Origin: a bacterium
Lineage (GTDB): Bacteria; Bacillota; Sulfobacillia; UBA995
Assembly: GCA_031082145.1 (NCBI GenBank)
Contig: JAVHLP010000005.1
Location: 34,676 to 98,675 of the forward strand
Length of the DNA stretch: 64,000 bases
Direction of reading: 5' to 3'
The notes under the pieces were generated by a model, which saw only the letters and a list, made by a program, of their open reading frames with translations, was not told where the DNA came from and did no database searches. Below are positions 1-9,282 of this stretch, one piece after another. Position 1 is the first letter of the stretch. Every line of letters starts with the position of its first letter. The translations under genes were made by a program, and so were the position numbers.

Positions 1-1
1 T

Positions 2-244
2 TCCCGGAACGGCCGGGACAGCCAGCCCAAGCGGCTAGGCGTCAAGCGTCACGACGGGCAACTGGTCACCGCGGGCTCGATTATCGTGCGCCAGCGGGGG
101 ACCCCGGTGCGCCCGGGTAGGAACGTGGGCATGGGAGGCGACAATACCCTGTTTGCGATGATCGATGGTACGGTGAGCTTTGAGCGTACCAGGGGCAACC
201 GGCGCCGGGTGAGTGTGACTCCCGTCGAGACAGCGTTATCCTGA
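2..244 (+). CDS. rpmA: 50S ribosomal protein L27, C-terminal part (5' end lies outside the window)
   Basis: Frame 2 reads ...[59 protein letters not shown]..., the conserved L27 core. Stop TGA at 242-244. Confidence 0.93.
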   Translation, partial: SRNGRDSQPKRLGVKRHDGQLVTAGSIIVRQRGTPVRPGRNVGMGGDNTLFAMIDGTVSFERTRGNRRRVSVTPVETALS

Positions 245-261
245 AGCATCTGAGTCTAACG

Positions 262-291
262 AGACCTCGCGCCTCCGGCGCGAGGTCTTTT
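262..291 (+). terminator. Rho-independent terminator after rpmA
   Basis: GC-rich hairpin AGACCTCGCGCC (262-273) / GGCGCGAGGTCT (277-288) running into TTTT. Confidence 0.75.
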
Positions 292-326
292 GCATATGGG
301 GATAGGATCCCCGGGGAGGGTTCACC

Positions 327-1798
<1,472 letters not shown>

Positions 1799-1832
1799 GA
1801 GGAAAGACCTGGCCGGCAAAGAAGGTGACAGC

Positions 1833-2471
1833 ATGAAGGAGTCGGGACGGCTGGGGATCATGGGGGGCACCTTTGACCCCATTCATCTGGGGCACCTGGT
1901 GGCCGCTGAGGCCGCCAGGGAGCAGTTTGGGTTGGACCAGGTCATCTTCGTGCCTGCCCGGCTACCCCCACACAAGCTGGATCGTCCCGTAACCGCAGCC
2001 GAACATCGTCTGGCCATGGTTCTGCTGGCCACCGCCAACCACCCCCGGTTCTTCGTGTCCCGCGTTGAACTGGATCGCCCCGGACCGTCGTATACGGTGG
2101 ACACCTTGCGCTCGTTCCGGAGGGAGCACCCGGGGGCGGCGCTCTATTTCATCACCGGGGCCGACGCCGTTCTCGAACTCGACGGCTGGAAGGAGCCCGG
2201 CGAGCTTCTCCGCCTGTGCCGGCTGGTAGTAGTCAGCCGACCGGGATATGATCGGGAGCGGCTACGGGCGAAAGCCGCCAGTCTTGAGGGGGAAACCGGT
2301 TGCCGGATCGAGGAGTTGGCCGCGCCCGCTCTGGACATCTCCTCCGGTGAGCTACGCCAGCGGGTTATCCAGCAGAAGTCCCTCCGATACCTGGTTCCCC
2401 GGGAGGTCCGCGACTATATCCTGAAACAAGGGCTTTACCAATCTGAGCCATTCCCCCCCTTGATCGGGTGA
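1833..2471 (+). CDS. nadD: Nicotinate-nucleotide adenylyltransferase
   Basis: GIMGGTFDPIHLGHL motif, typical length of about 210 aa, followed by yqeK. Confidence 0.93.
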   Translation: MKESGRLGIMGGTFDPIHLGHLVAAEAAREQFGLDQVIFVPARLPPHKLDRPVTAAEHRLAMVLLATANHPRFFVSRVELDRPGPSYTVDTLRSFRREHPGAALYFITGADAVLELDGWKEPGELLRLCRLVVVSRPGYDRERLRAKAASLEGETGCRIEELAAPALDISSGELRQRVIQQKSLRYLVPREVRDYILKQGLYQSEPFPPLIG

Positions 2472-2487
2472 CAGAAGGTGATATACT
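2460..2487 (+). promoter_or_regulatory. Candidate sigma-A promoter for the RRM gene (TTGATC-16-TG-n-TATACT)
   Basis: -35 TTGATC at 2460-2465 and extended -10 TGaTATACT at 2479-2487. This would give a 5' UTR of about 145 nt. A weaker alternative is TTGACA at 2529-2534. Confidence 0.3.
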
Positions 2488-2631
2488 GATAGTTGAACCA
2501 GCAGGGGTGGGTTTCCGGGATCGACGAGTTGACACAGGGTTTCAGAGAGTGCTATCGGTGACACCTGGACGGGTGCTCAGTTCACGCTGGGCACCATTTC
2601 TAGTTCACGGGAGAAAGCGAGGTGATAATGC

Positions 2632-2889
2632 ATGACCAAGACACTTTACGTAGGCAACCTGCCTTGGTCCATGACCGAGGAAGACCTGGGCCGGGAGTTC
2701 TCGCAGCATGCGGCGATCAAGAGTTGCCGCATCATAACCGACCGGGAGACGGGGCGGTCGAGGGGGTTCGGCTTTGTGGAGGTTGACGACGAGGAGGCGG
2801 AACGAGTCGTTGAACTCCTCAACGGATACTCCCTTGGCGGCCGCCAGTTGGTGGTTAACGAGGCCCGCCCGCGGCAGGGACGGTTCTGA
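2632..2889 (+). CDS. RRM-type (RNP-1) RNA-binding protein
   Basis: 85 aa with LYVGNL (RNP2) and RGFGFVEV (RNP1) motifs. Confidence 0.9.
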   Translation: MTKTLYVGNLPWSMTEEDLGREFSQHAAIKSCRIITDRETGRSRGFGFVEVDDEEAERVVELLNGYSLGGRQLVVNEARPRQGRF

Positions 2890-2902
2890 CGGTGGCGACG
2901 CC

Positions 2903-3502
2903 ATGTCCCTAGATCCGGATACCATCGAGGCTCAGCTCAGGGCCAGACTGAGCCGTACTCGGTTTGCCCACACGATGCGCGTGGTTGCCGTGGCAGAAGC
3001 GCTGGCCCGCCGGCACGGGGCCGATCTGTATCAAGTGCGCATCGCTGCGCTCCTCCATGACCTGGCCCGCGACTTGGAGGGGCCCGAGTTGTTGAACAAA
3101 GCGACCGAGTACGGTATACTTGTTGATGAAATCGAAGCTAGAGAGCCGGTAGTCCTCCACGCCAGGGTGGGGGCGGCCGAGGCGCGGCACCGGTTGGGAG
3201 TCCGAGACCCGTTGATCCTGCAGGCGGTGGAGCGTCACACCACCGGTGCCCCCGGTATGACGATGTTGGACACCATTATCTACGTCGCCGACCACATCGA
3301 GCCAGGCCGCGACTCCCCAGGGGTGGGTGACGTGCGCGAGGCCGCCGCCGGAGACCTTAATAGGGCCTTGGTGCTGGCCATGAACGGCTGCCTGGGTCTC
3401 TGCATCAGGGAGAACCGGCCAATCCATCCCCGGACGGTGGAAGCCAGGAACGAGGCACTCAACAACCTGGCCGCCACCGATCATTGCCGGACCGATCAGT
3501 GA
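2903..3502 (+). CDS. yqeK: HD-domain Ap4A hydrolase YqeK
   Basis: RFAHTMRV...LLHDLARD HD motifs in the nadD-yqeK context. ATG 2903 was chosen because the longer ORF (2774) overlaps the RRM gene. Confidence 0.88.
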   Translation: MSLDPDTIEAQLRARLSRTRFAHTMRVVAVAEALARRHGADLYQVRIAALLHDLARDLEGPELLNKATEYGILVDEIEAREPVVLHARVGAAEARHRLGVRDPLILQAVERHTTGAPGMTMLDTIIYVADHIEPGRDSPGVGDVREAAAGDLNRALVLAMNGCLGLCIRENRPIHPRTVEARNEALNNLAATDHCRTDQ

Positions 3503-3512
3503 GGCGATCGGC

Positions 3513-4808
3513 TTGAAGCCGAACGTTCCCAGGGTGCCGGCCAAGCGAGGCCGGCGGCGGATCAGGATCCGCTGGCGGAACGTGGCTCTCGTGGCAGCCG
3601 GGCTGTTTCTGATTGCCGTTGGTCTGGCCTGCTATGCCTTTTACAGTTTCCTCAGCGGGTTTCAGGACGTTGAGTCCCGGGAGTTCGGGCTGCCGGTGCC
3701 CGAGCCGGGGCAGCGAGTGAACGTTCTCGTACTGGGCATTGACCTGCCACAGGATCCGGTCACGGGAGAGATCTTGGAAGTCGACTTCCGCCAGGCCAAG
3801 TTCTGGCCGCGGAGCGACACCATCATGGTGGTCAGCGTCGACCCCGAGACTCGAGAGGTAGGGGTTATCTCCATCCCCCGGGATACGCGGGTCAAGATCG
3901 CCTGGGACGCCAAGGGTTACGAGAAAATCAACCACGCCCACGCTTACGGCGGCCCCCGTATGGCGGTCAAGACGGTGGAGAACTTCCTCGAGATCCCGAT
4001 CCACTACTACGTGCGCACCGATCCCCGGGGTTTCGCGGCCGTGGTGGATATCCTGGGTGGGATCGAGCTCGAGGTCGAGAAGGACATGTACTACGAGGAT
4101 CCGTATCAGGATTTGGTCATTGACCTCAAGAAGGGCCGCCAAGTCCTGGACGGGCACATGGCCATGCAGTACACGCGTTACCGGTCGGACTCCGACATCG
4201 CCCGGGTTTTGCGCCAACAGAGGTTCCTGGAGGCCCTGAAGCGAGAGCTCTTCCAGTTCGGCACTATCCTCAAGCTTCCCAAGCTGGCCGGCGAGCTGCT
4301 GAAGCACGTGGACACCAACATGGCCGCTTCCGACATCTTGAACTACGCCGTGATAGCCGCCCGCATAACCGCGGTCGAGTTGAACATGGCCACCATACCC
4401 GGGGAGGATCGTTGGATTGGCGGGGTTGCCTACTGGATGCCGGACCTCGATGGAACCCGTGTTCTGGTGGATCGCCTGATCTGGGGAATCGAGCCGGAGG
4501 AGAACGCTCTCATCCGCGTTGAGGTCCTGAACGGGACCGACAACGCCGGGCTGGCCAGCAAGCTGGCGGCTTCTCTGCAAGACCGCGGTTTCGCCGTAGT
4601 CCGCATCGCCAACGCCCCGGAGAACGGGATCCAGACCACCCAGGTGATAAACCTCGCCAGCGACGAGGACAAACTCCGGCGAGTGGTGGGCGTCATGCGC
4701 CGCGAACTGGATGAGCTGCAGCTCTTGCGCATAACCCGTCCCGGCGGCGAGGCTGACGTCCGGGTCGTCGTGGGACAAGACTACTACCGGCGTATCAACG
4801 GCGAGTGA
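3513..4808 (+). CDS. LytR-CpsA-Psr (LCP) family protein with a C-terminal LytR_C domain
   Basis: N-terminal TM segment. LCP core VLVLGID...RSDTIMVVSVDP...ISIPRDT...INHAHAYGG. C-terminal VEVLNGTDNAGLAS. Confidence 0.9.
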   Translation: MKPNVPRVPAKRGRRRIRIRWRNVALVAAGLFLIAVGLACYAFYSFLSGFQDVESREFGLPVPEPGQRVNVLVLGIDLPQDPVTGEILEVDFRQAKFWPRSDTIMVVSVDPETREVGVISIPRDTRVKIAWDAKGYEKINHAHAYGGPRMAVKTVENFLEIPIHYYVRTDPRGFAAVVDILGGIELEVEKDMYYEDPYQDLVIDLKKGRQVLDGHMAMQYTRYRSDSDIARVLRQQRFLEALKRELFQFGTILKLPKLAGELLKHVDTNMAASDILNYAVIAARITAVELNMATIPGEDRWIGGVAYWMPDLDGTRVLVDRLIWGIEPEENALIRVEVLNGTDNAGLASKLAASLQDRGFAVVRIANAPENGIQTTQVINLASDEDKLRRVVGVMRRELDELQLLRITRPGGEADVRVVVGQDYYRRINGE

Positions 4809-5200
4809 CGGGAGGAGGGGACAGGCTGGGGCCAGAGGAGCTGGCGGAGTTGGCTGCCCGGACGGGCACCGAGAAGAAGTCAGATAACGTGATCATCCTG
4901 GATATGCGGGAAGTGACGCTGGTGGCCGACTACTTCGTTATTCTCTCCGGTTCTTCCCGACCCCAGGTAAAAGCCATCGTCGATCATATCGAGAAGCAGT
5001 TGGAGATGACGGGTGCCAGGCCCCTGCGGTGCGAGGGCTACGCCGCCGCGCGCTGGGTGCTGCTGGACTACGGGGGCGTGGTGGTTCACGTCTTCCACGA
5101 GCAGGACCGAGCCTTCTACGCTCTCGAGCGGCTCTGGGGCGACGCCCCGGCACGGCGGCTGGATGGCGAAGCGACGGCCGGGACGGCCGGGGGGCAGTGA
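4805..5200 (+). CDS. rsfS: Ribosome silencing factor RsfS
   Basis: LVADYFVILSGSSRPQVKAI...WVLLDYGGVVVHVFHEQDRAFYALERLW is a typical RsfS/iojap sequence. Confidence 0.92.
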   Translation: MTGGGDRLGPEELAELAARTGTEKKSDNVIILDMREVTLVADYFVILSGSSRPQVKAIVDHIEKQLEMTGARPLRCEGYAAARWVLLDYGGVVVHVFHEQDRAFYALERLWGDAPARRLDGEATAGTAGGQ

Positions 5201-5231
5201 CCCGGGGTCGGGCTCACCGGCTGTGCGGGCG

Positions 5232-5594
5232 CTAGAGTTCCGCGATCCGTCCGGATGTCAGGTCGAGCTCAAGGTAGATCACGCCGGGCCGCCCATCTCG
5301 GGTGGCATACACGCGCTCACCCGTAGGCGCGAAGAGGTAGCCGCCTCCCGGGAAATCCTCATCCACCGTCCGCCCGGCCTGTGTCGACACCGCTATCCAC
5401 AAGCCATACTCCCGGGCCCACCGGCTGAGGTGCTCACAGCACTCGTCCTCCCACCAAGCGTAGCCGGCCGCCCAATCCCGCGTCGCCTGATCCCCACACA
5501 GCCCGGGATCAGCCACCTCGAAGACGATCTTGGCTGCCTGCCTGGCGCACTCGGCGAAGACCGTCTCGTTCATGAGTTGCCGTAGCGCGATCAC
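5232..5594 (-). CDS. Hypothetical protein resembling only the C-terminal half of a carbon-nitrogen hydrolase (possible gene remnant)
   Basis: GLCGDQ...REYGLWIAVS...GGGYLFAPTGERVYA...VIYLELDL resembles the Cys-to-C-terminus part of nitrilase-superfamily proteins. No N-terminal Glu/Lys half is present. Confidence 0.35.
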   Translation of the reverse strand: MIALRQLMNETVFAECARQAAKIVFEVADPGLCGDQATRDWAAGYAWWEDECCEHLSRWAREYGLWIAVSTQAGRTVDEDFPGGGYLFAPTGERVYATRDGRPGVIYLELDLTSGRIAEL

Positions 5595-5650
5595 CCCATC
5601 AGGCCGTGCAGCGCCGCCGCCATGACCTGAGCCTGGGCGCGGCCCGCAGC

Positions 5651-5679
5651 TTGACGTCGACCAGGGCGGGCCATATAAT
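5651..5679 (+). promoter_or_regulatory. Sigma-A promoter of the leuS leader (TTGACG-17-TATAAT)
   Basis: -35 TTGACG at 5651-5656, 17-nt spacer, consensus -10 TATAAT at 5674-5679. Confidence 0.75.
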
Positions 5680-5870
5680 CAGGATGTATGTGGGTGACGA
5701 CGGGGAGTAGTAGCCCCGGGCGAACCTCCAGAGAGCCGGGACGGGTGCGATCCGGCAGGTGAGCCCGAGGTGAACTCGCCCCCGAGCCTCCGGGAACGAA
5801 AGGGCTGAGCCCCACTAGTCCCGGCGCGGAACCGGCGTTAACGGTGGCAGAGCGGGCAGCAGTCTACCGT

Positions 5871-5946
5871 GGGGCCGTAGCTCAGCTGGGAGAGCGCTTG
5901 AATGGCATTCAAGAGGCCAGGGGTTCGACTCCCCTCGGCTCCACCA
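5871..5946 (+). tRNA. tRNA-Ala (anticodon GGC), CCA encoded
   Basis: 76-nt cloverleaf folded by hand.
- Acceptor GGGGCCG/CGGCTCC with the G3:U70 Ala identity pair.
- D arm GCTC-AGCTGGGA-GAGC.
- Anticodon arm CTTGA-ATGGCAT-TCAAG.
- T arm AGGGG-TTCGACT-CCCCT.
- A73-CCA end. Confidence 0.93.
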
Positions 5947-5985
5947 CGAACTCCGCTGCCAAGCAGGGTGGTACCGCGGGCAGGG

Positions 5986-6013
5986 TCCCGTCCCCGAGAG
6001 GACGGGATTTTTT
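5986..6013 (+). terminator. Intrinsic terminator of the leuS T-box
   Basis: TCCCGTCC (5986-5993) pairs with GGACGGGA (6000-6007), followed by TTTTTT. The 5' strand is shared with the antiterminator. Confidence 0.85.
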
Positions 6014-6035
6014 GTTAGGCGGGAGGAGGGGGGCC

Positions 6036-8519
6036 TTGGAAGATCGCTACGACTTCACCGGGGTGGAGTCCCGCTGGCAGCGGTGGTGGGATGAGACTGG
6101 GCTCTACCAGGTGGAACCTGATCCGGGGCGGCCGAAGTACTACCTCCTGGAGATGTACCCCTATCCCTCGGGTCCTCTTCATATGGGGCACGCCCGCAAC
6201 TACATCATCGGCGACGTCCTGGCCCGCTTCCAGGGCATGAATGGCCACAACGTGATGCATCCGATGGGGTACGACGCCTTCGGCCTGCCGGCGGAGAACG
6301 CAGCCCTGCAGCAGGGCACTCATCCCGCCGACTGGACCTACGACAACATCCGGATCATCCGCCGGCAATTCCGGATGCTGGGCATCAGCTACGACTGGCG
6401 CCGAGAGGTTGCCAGTTGCCATCCCGGCTACTACCACTGGACGCAGTGGATGTTCCTGCTCATGCACCGCCGGGGCCTGGCTTACCGGAAGCAGGCGGCC
6501 GTCAACTGGTGCCCGGGGTGTGCCACCGTACTGGCCAACGAGCAGGTGGAGGACGGGCGATGCTGGCGGTGCGAGAGTGAGGTAGACAAGAAAGAGCTGG
6601 ACCAGTGGTTCTTCCGGATCACCGCCTATGCCGACCGGCTGCTAGAGGACCTGAACCTGCTCGACGGCTGGCCGGAGCGGGTGCGGACCATGCAGCGCAA
6701 CTGGATCGGACGCAGCGAGGGGGTTGAGATCGACTTCCCCGTCCCGGCCGTGAACGATGCCTTGACCGTCTTCACCACAAGGCAGGACACTATCTTCGGG
6801 GTCACTTTCATGGCCCTGGCCCCGGAGCACCCCCTCCTACCCCGGTTGCTGGAGGGCAACGATCGCAGGCCGGCGATCCAGGCCTACGTGGATCGAGCCC
6901 GGCGGATGACCAGCATCGACCGCGCTTCCACGGCGAGGGAGAAGACGGGGCTGTTCACCGGCCACTACTGCATCAACCCGCTCTCGGGGGAGACCGTACC
7001 CATATGGGTGGCCGACTACGTGCTCATGGACTATGGAACGGGAGCAGTCATGGGTGTGCCTGCCCACGACCAGCGCGACTTCGAGTTCGTGAAGGAACAC
7101 GGCCTGCCGCTAAGAGTCGTCATCCAGCCGCTGGAGGGTCCGGAACTCGACGAGTCCACCCTACAGGAGGCAGTCCCGGCCTACGGGCGGATGGTCAACT
7201 CCGGCCGCTTCAACGGTCTGGCCCTGGATGAAGCCTTGGCCCGGGTAGCCGAACACATCGAGGAGCGGCGCCTGGGGCGGAGAGCCGTCAACTACCGGCT
7301 GCGCGACTGGCTGATCTCCCGTCAGCGATACTGGGGCGCCCCGATACCGATGATCCACTGCGAGAACTGCGGCATCGTTCCCGTGCCGGAGGCCGACCTG
7401 CCGGTCCTGCTACCCGATAAGGTTGACTTCAGGCCCCGGGGCATGTCCCCGCTGGCATCCAGCCCCGAGTTCCTGGCCGTGGACTGCCCTGATTGCGGCC
7501 GGGCAGCCCGCAGGGAAACCGACACCATGGATACCTTCGTATGCTCGTCGTGGTACTTCTTGCGCTACTTGTCTCCCCGCTACCAGGGTGGCCCCTTCCG
7601 GCCGGCGGAAGCCGGCTACTGGATGCCGGTGGACCAGTACGTGGGGGGGATCGAGCACGCCGTGCTGCACCTGTTGTACTCCCGTTTCTTCACCAAGGTC
7701 CTCGCTGACGAGGGACTGGTCAGGGAGGTGGAGCCCTTCCGGCGCCTGTTGACGCAGGGCATGGTCCTGAAGGATGGCGCGGCCATGTCCAAGTCGAAGG
7801 GGACGGGGGTTGCCCCCGACGACATGGTCGCCAGGTACGGGGCTGATGCCGTCCGGTTGAACACCTTGTTCGCCGGCCCGCCGGACAAGGACTTCGAGTG
7901 GACCGATCAGGGTATGGAGGGTGCCGCCCGCTTTGTCTCCCGGGTCTGGCGCCTGGTCCGCGCCTGGAAAACCGGGTGCCAGGGTCCCGCCCGGCCCTTG
8001 AGCCCGGCCGACGGTGAACTGAGGCGTGTCCTGCATGCTTCCCTTCGCCGGATGACCGTCGACGTGGGTGAACGCCTGCAGCTGAATACCGCGCTGGCGG
8101 CGGCCATGGAGATGGTCAACGCGGCCTATGCCTATCGGGAGAAGGTGGCCGAGGAGGAGCAGAACCCGGCGGTCGCCGCGGAATTCCTGGACTGCCTGGT
8201 GAAAGCCATCGCCCCCTTCCTCCCCCACCTGGCCGAGGAGCTCTGGCAGGTTGAGCTGGGGCGCGATGGCAGCGTGCACCGGCAGAACTGGCCCCGGCAC
8301 GACGCTGGGGCCCTCGCTGCCGACGAGGTGACGCTGGTGGTACAGGTGAACGGCCGGGTACGGGACCGGCTGGTCGTCCCCGCCGGCCTGACCGATGAGG
8401 GGGAGATCCGCCGTCGGGTGCTCGCGCTGGACCGGGTCGGTCGGGCCCTTGACGGCCGGCCGATCGCCCGCGTGGTGGTGGTTCCCGGCAAGCTCGTGAA
8501 CGTGGTGGCTGAGGGCTAG
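6036..8519 (+). CDS. leuS: Leucine--tRNA ligase
   Basis: HMGH and KMSKS-type (AMSKSKG) motifs and class Ia LeuRS architecture. TTG 6036 follows RBS GGGAGGAGG. The ORF-track start at 5844 runs through the tRNA and the terminator and was rejected. Confidence 0.95.
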   Translation: MEDRYDFTGVESRWQRWWDETGLYQVEPDPGRPKYYLLEMYPYPSGPLHMGHARNYIIGDVLARFQGMNGHNVMHPMGYDAFGLPAENAALQQGTHPADWTYDNIRIIRRQFRMLGISYDWRREVASCHPGYYHWTQWMFLLMHRRGLAYRKQAAVNWCPGCATVLANEQVEDGRCWRCESEVDKKELDQWFFRITAYADRLLEDLNLLDGWPERVRTMQRNWIGRSEGVEIDFPVPAVNDALTVFTTRQDTIFGVTFMALAPEHPLLPRLLEGNDRRPAIQAYVDRARRMTSIDRASTAREKTGLFTGHYCINPLSGETVPIWVADYVLMDYGTGAVMGVPAHDQRDFEFVKEHGLPLRVVIQPLEGPELDESTLQEAVPAYGRMVNSGRFNGLALDEALARVAEHIEERRLGRRAVNYRLRDWLISRQRYWGAPIPMIHCENCGIVPVPEADLPVLLPDKVDFRPRGMSPLASSPEFLAVDCPDCGRAARRETDTMDTFVCSSWYFLRYLSPRYQGGPFRPAEAGYWMPVDQYVGGIEHAVLHLLYSRFFTKVLADEGLVREVEPFRRLLTQGMVLKDGAAMSKSKGTGVAPDDMVARYGADAVRLNTLFAGPPDKDFEWTDQGMEGAARFVSRVWRLVRAWKTGCQGPARPLSPADGELRRVLHASLRRMTVDVGERLQLNTALAAAMEMVNAAYAYREKVAEEEQNPAVAAEFLDCLVKAIAPFLPHLAEELWQVELGRDGSVHRQNWPRHDAGALAADEVTLVVQVNGRVRDRLVVPAGLTDEGEIRRRVLALDRVGRALDGRPIARVVVVPGKLVNVVAEG

Positions 8520-8642
8520 AGCCGATTCGACAGGCCTCTCCTCTCCTCGCCCCGCCGGCGGAACGGGGCGACCGGCCACCGCCCGCAGCCGGAGGAGTCA
8601 CCCCCCGGGCCGGCGAACCCCGGGCGCCGGAAGGTGAGGGCA

Positions 8643-9275
8643 ATGCGATCCTCCCCGCCCGAGCGTCTGGCCGCCTGGCTCCTGACCGCCTTGCTGCTTC
8701 TGAGCTGTGGGGTCTGGTGGTGGCGGCAGGAACGCGCTGCGGTAGTGTCAGCCCAGTTCCGTCAGGAACAGGAACGGCTGCTGGCAGAACTCCAGGGGCC
8801 GGAGGACCCGGTGGAGGATTCGCGGCCGGCGGTGCCGCCACCGGCCGTTACGGTACACGTGGCCGGATCGGTGCGTTTCCCCGGGGTGTACGAGCTGCCG
8901 GAGGGCTCTCGGGTGGTCCATGCCGTTGAGGCGGCCGGAGGAGCCGTCGCCGGGGGCGATCCCCATTCGCTGGAGCTGGCCGCCTTGCTCGTTGACGGTC
9001 AGACCTACCGGGTCTATACGACCGAGGAGTTGTCCACTCTGGCCACGGCCGCCAGCCAGCCGGTTCCGGCCGCGATCCCGGCCCGGGTCAACATCAACAC
9101 CGCCGCTTCAGGCCCCCTGCAAACCCTACCCGGCATCGGCCCCGTCAAGGCCAACGCCATTATCCAGTACCGGCGGGACCACGGCCCGTTTGCGAGCGTG
9201 GAAGAACTCCTCAATGTGCCCGGCATCGGCCCGGCCACCCTCGACAAGATCCGGCATCTGATCACCCTGCGGTAG
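8643..9275 (+). CDS. comEA: Competence protein ComEA (SLBB plus helix-hairpin-helix DNA receptor)
   Basis: TM segment, SLBB-like VHVAGSVRFPGVYELPEGSRV, and C-terminal tandem HhH LPGIGPVKANAII...VPGIGPATLDKI. ATG 8643 follows AAGGTGAGG. GTG 8634 is an alternative start. Confidence 0.88.
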   Translation: MRSSPPERLAAWLLTALLLLSCGVWWWRQERAAVVSAQFRQEQERLLAELQGPEDPVEDSRPAVPPPAVTVHVAGSVRFPGVYELPEGSRVVHAVEAAGGAVAGGDPHSLELAALLVDGQTYRVYTTEELSTLATAASQPVPAAIPARVNINTAASGPLQTLPGIGPVKANAIIQYRRDHGPFASVEELLNVPGIGPATLDKIRHLITLR

Positions 9276-9282
9276 GTCCCGT

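Larger units (their letters stand above)
5686..6013 (+). promoter_or_regulatory. T-box leader (Leu, CUC specifier) controlling leuS, interrupted by a tRNA-Ala gene
   Basis: - Stem I elements: TGACGA GA motif 5695-5700, AGTAG 5706-5710, AG bulge AGAGAG 5730-5735, distal loop GGGTGCGA 5743-5750.
- Specifier GAA-CTC-G, with CUC at 5775-5777.
- F-box-like GCGTTA at 5835-5840.
- T-box GGGTGGTACCGCG at 5966-5978.
- Competing terminator at 5986-6013. Confidence 0.85.

Noticed and set aside
3459-4778. 439-aa ORF antisense to the LCP gene.
   Set aside because: Same reasoning as above. The plus-strand product has clear LCP and LytR_C motifs, and the antisense translation is low-complexity.
5778-5780. 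GCC read as an alanine specifier in the leuS leader, which would match the embedded tRNA-Ala GGC anticodon.
   Set aside because: The conserved GAA precedes CUC, not GCC, and a purine follows CUC as expected. The regulated gene is leuS. The GCC adjacency is noted but treated as coincidence unless a covariance alignment says otherwise.
5591-5815. 74-aa ORF on the minus strand, ATGA-coupled to the CN-hydrolase-like ORF.
   Set aside because: Its composition is Arg/Pro/Gly-rich with no family resemblance, and it overlaps the leuS promoter and T-box Stem I on the other strand.
5844-6035. N-terminal 64 codons of the 891-aa ORF-track version of leuS.
   Set aside because: This stretch runs through the tRNA-Ala gene, the T-box sequence and the terminator. 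The LeuRS-like sequence begins only at LEDRYDF, and TTG 6036 has a strong SD.
8549-8570. Hairpin CGCCCCG...CGGGGCG after leuS, considered as a terminator.
   Set aside because: It has a short stem and no downstream U tract, so it is not convincing as an intrinsic terminator.
7410-8841. 389-aa and 241-aa minus-strand ORFs across the leuS 3' half and the comEA start.
   Set aside because: They are antisense to LeuRS and extremely Pro/Arg/Gly-rich, and no SD or start context supports them.
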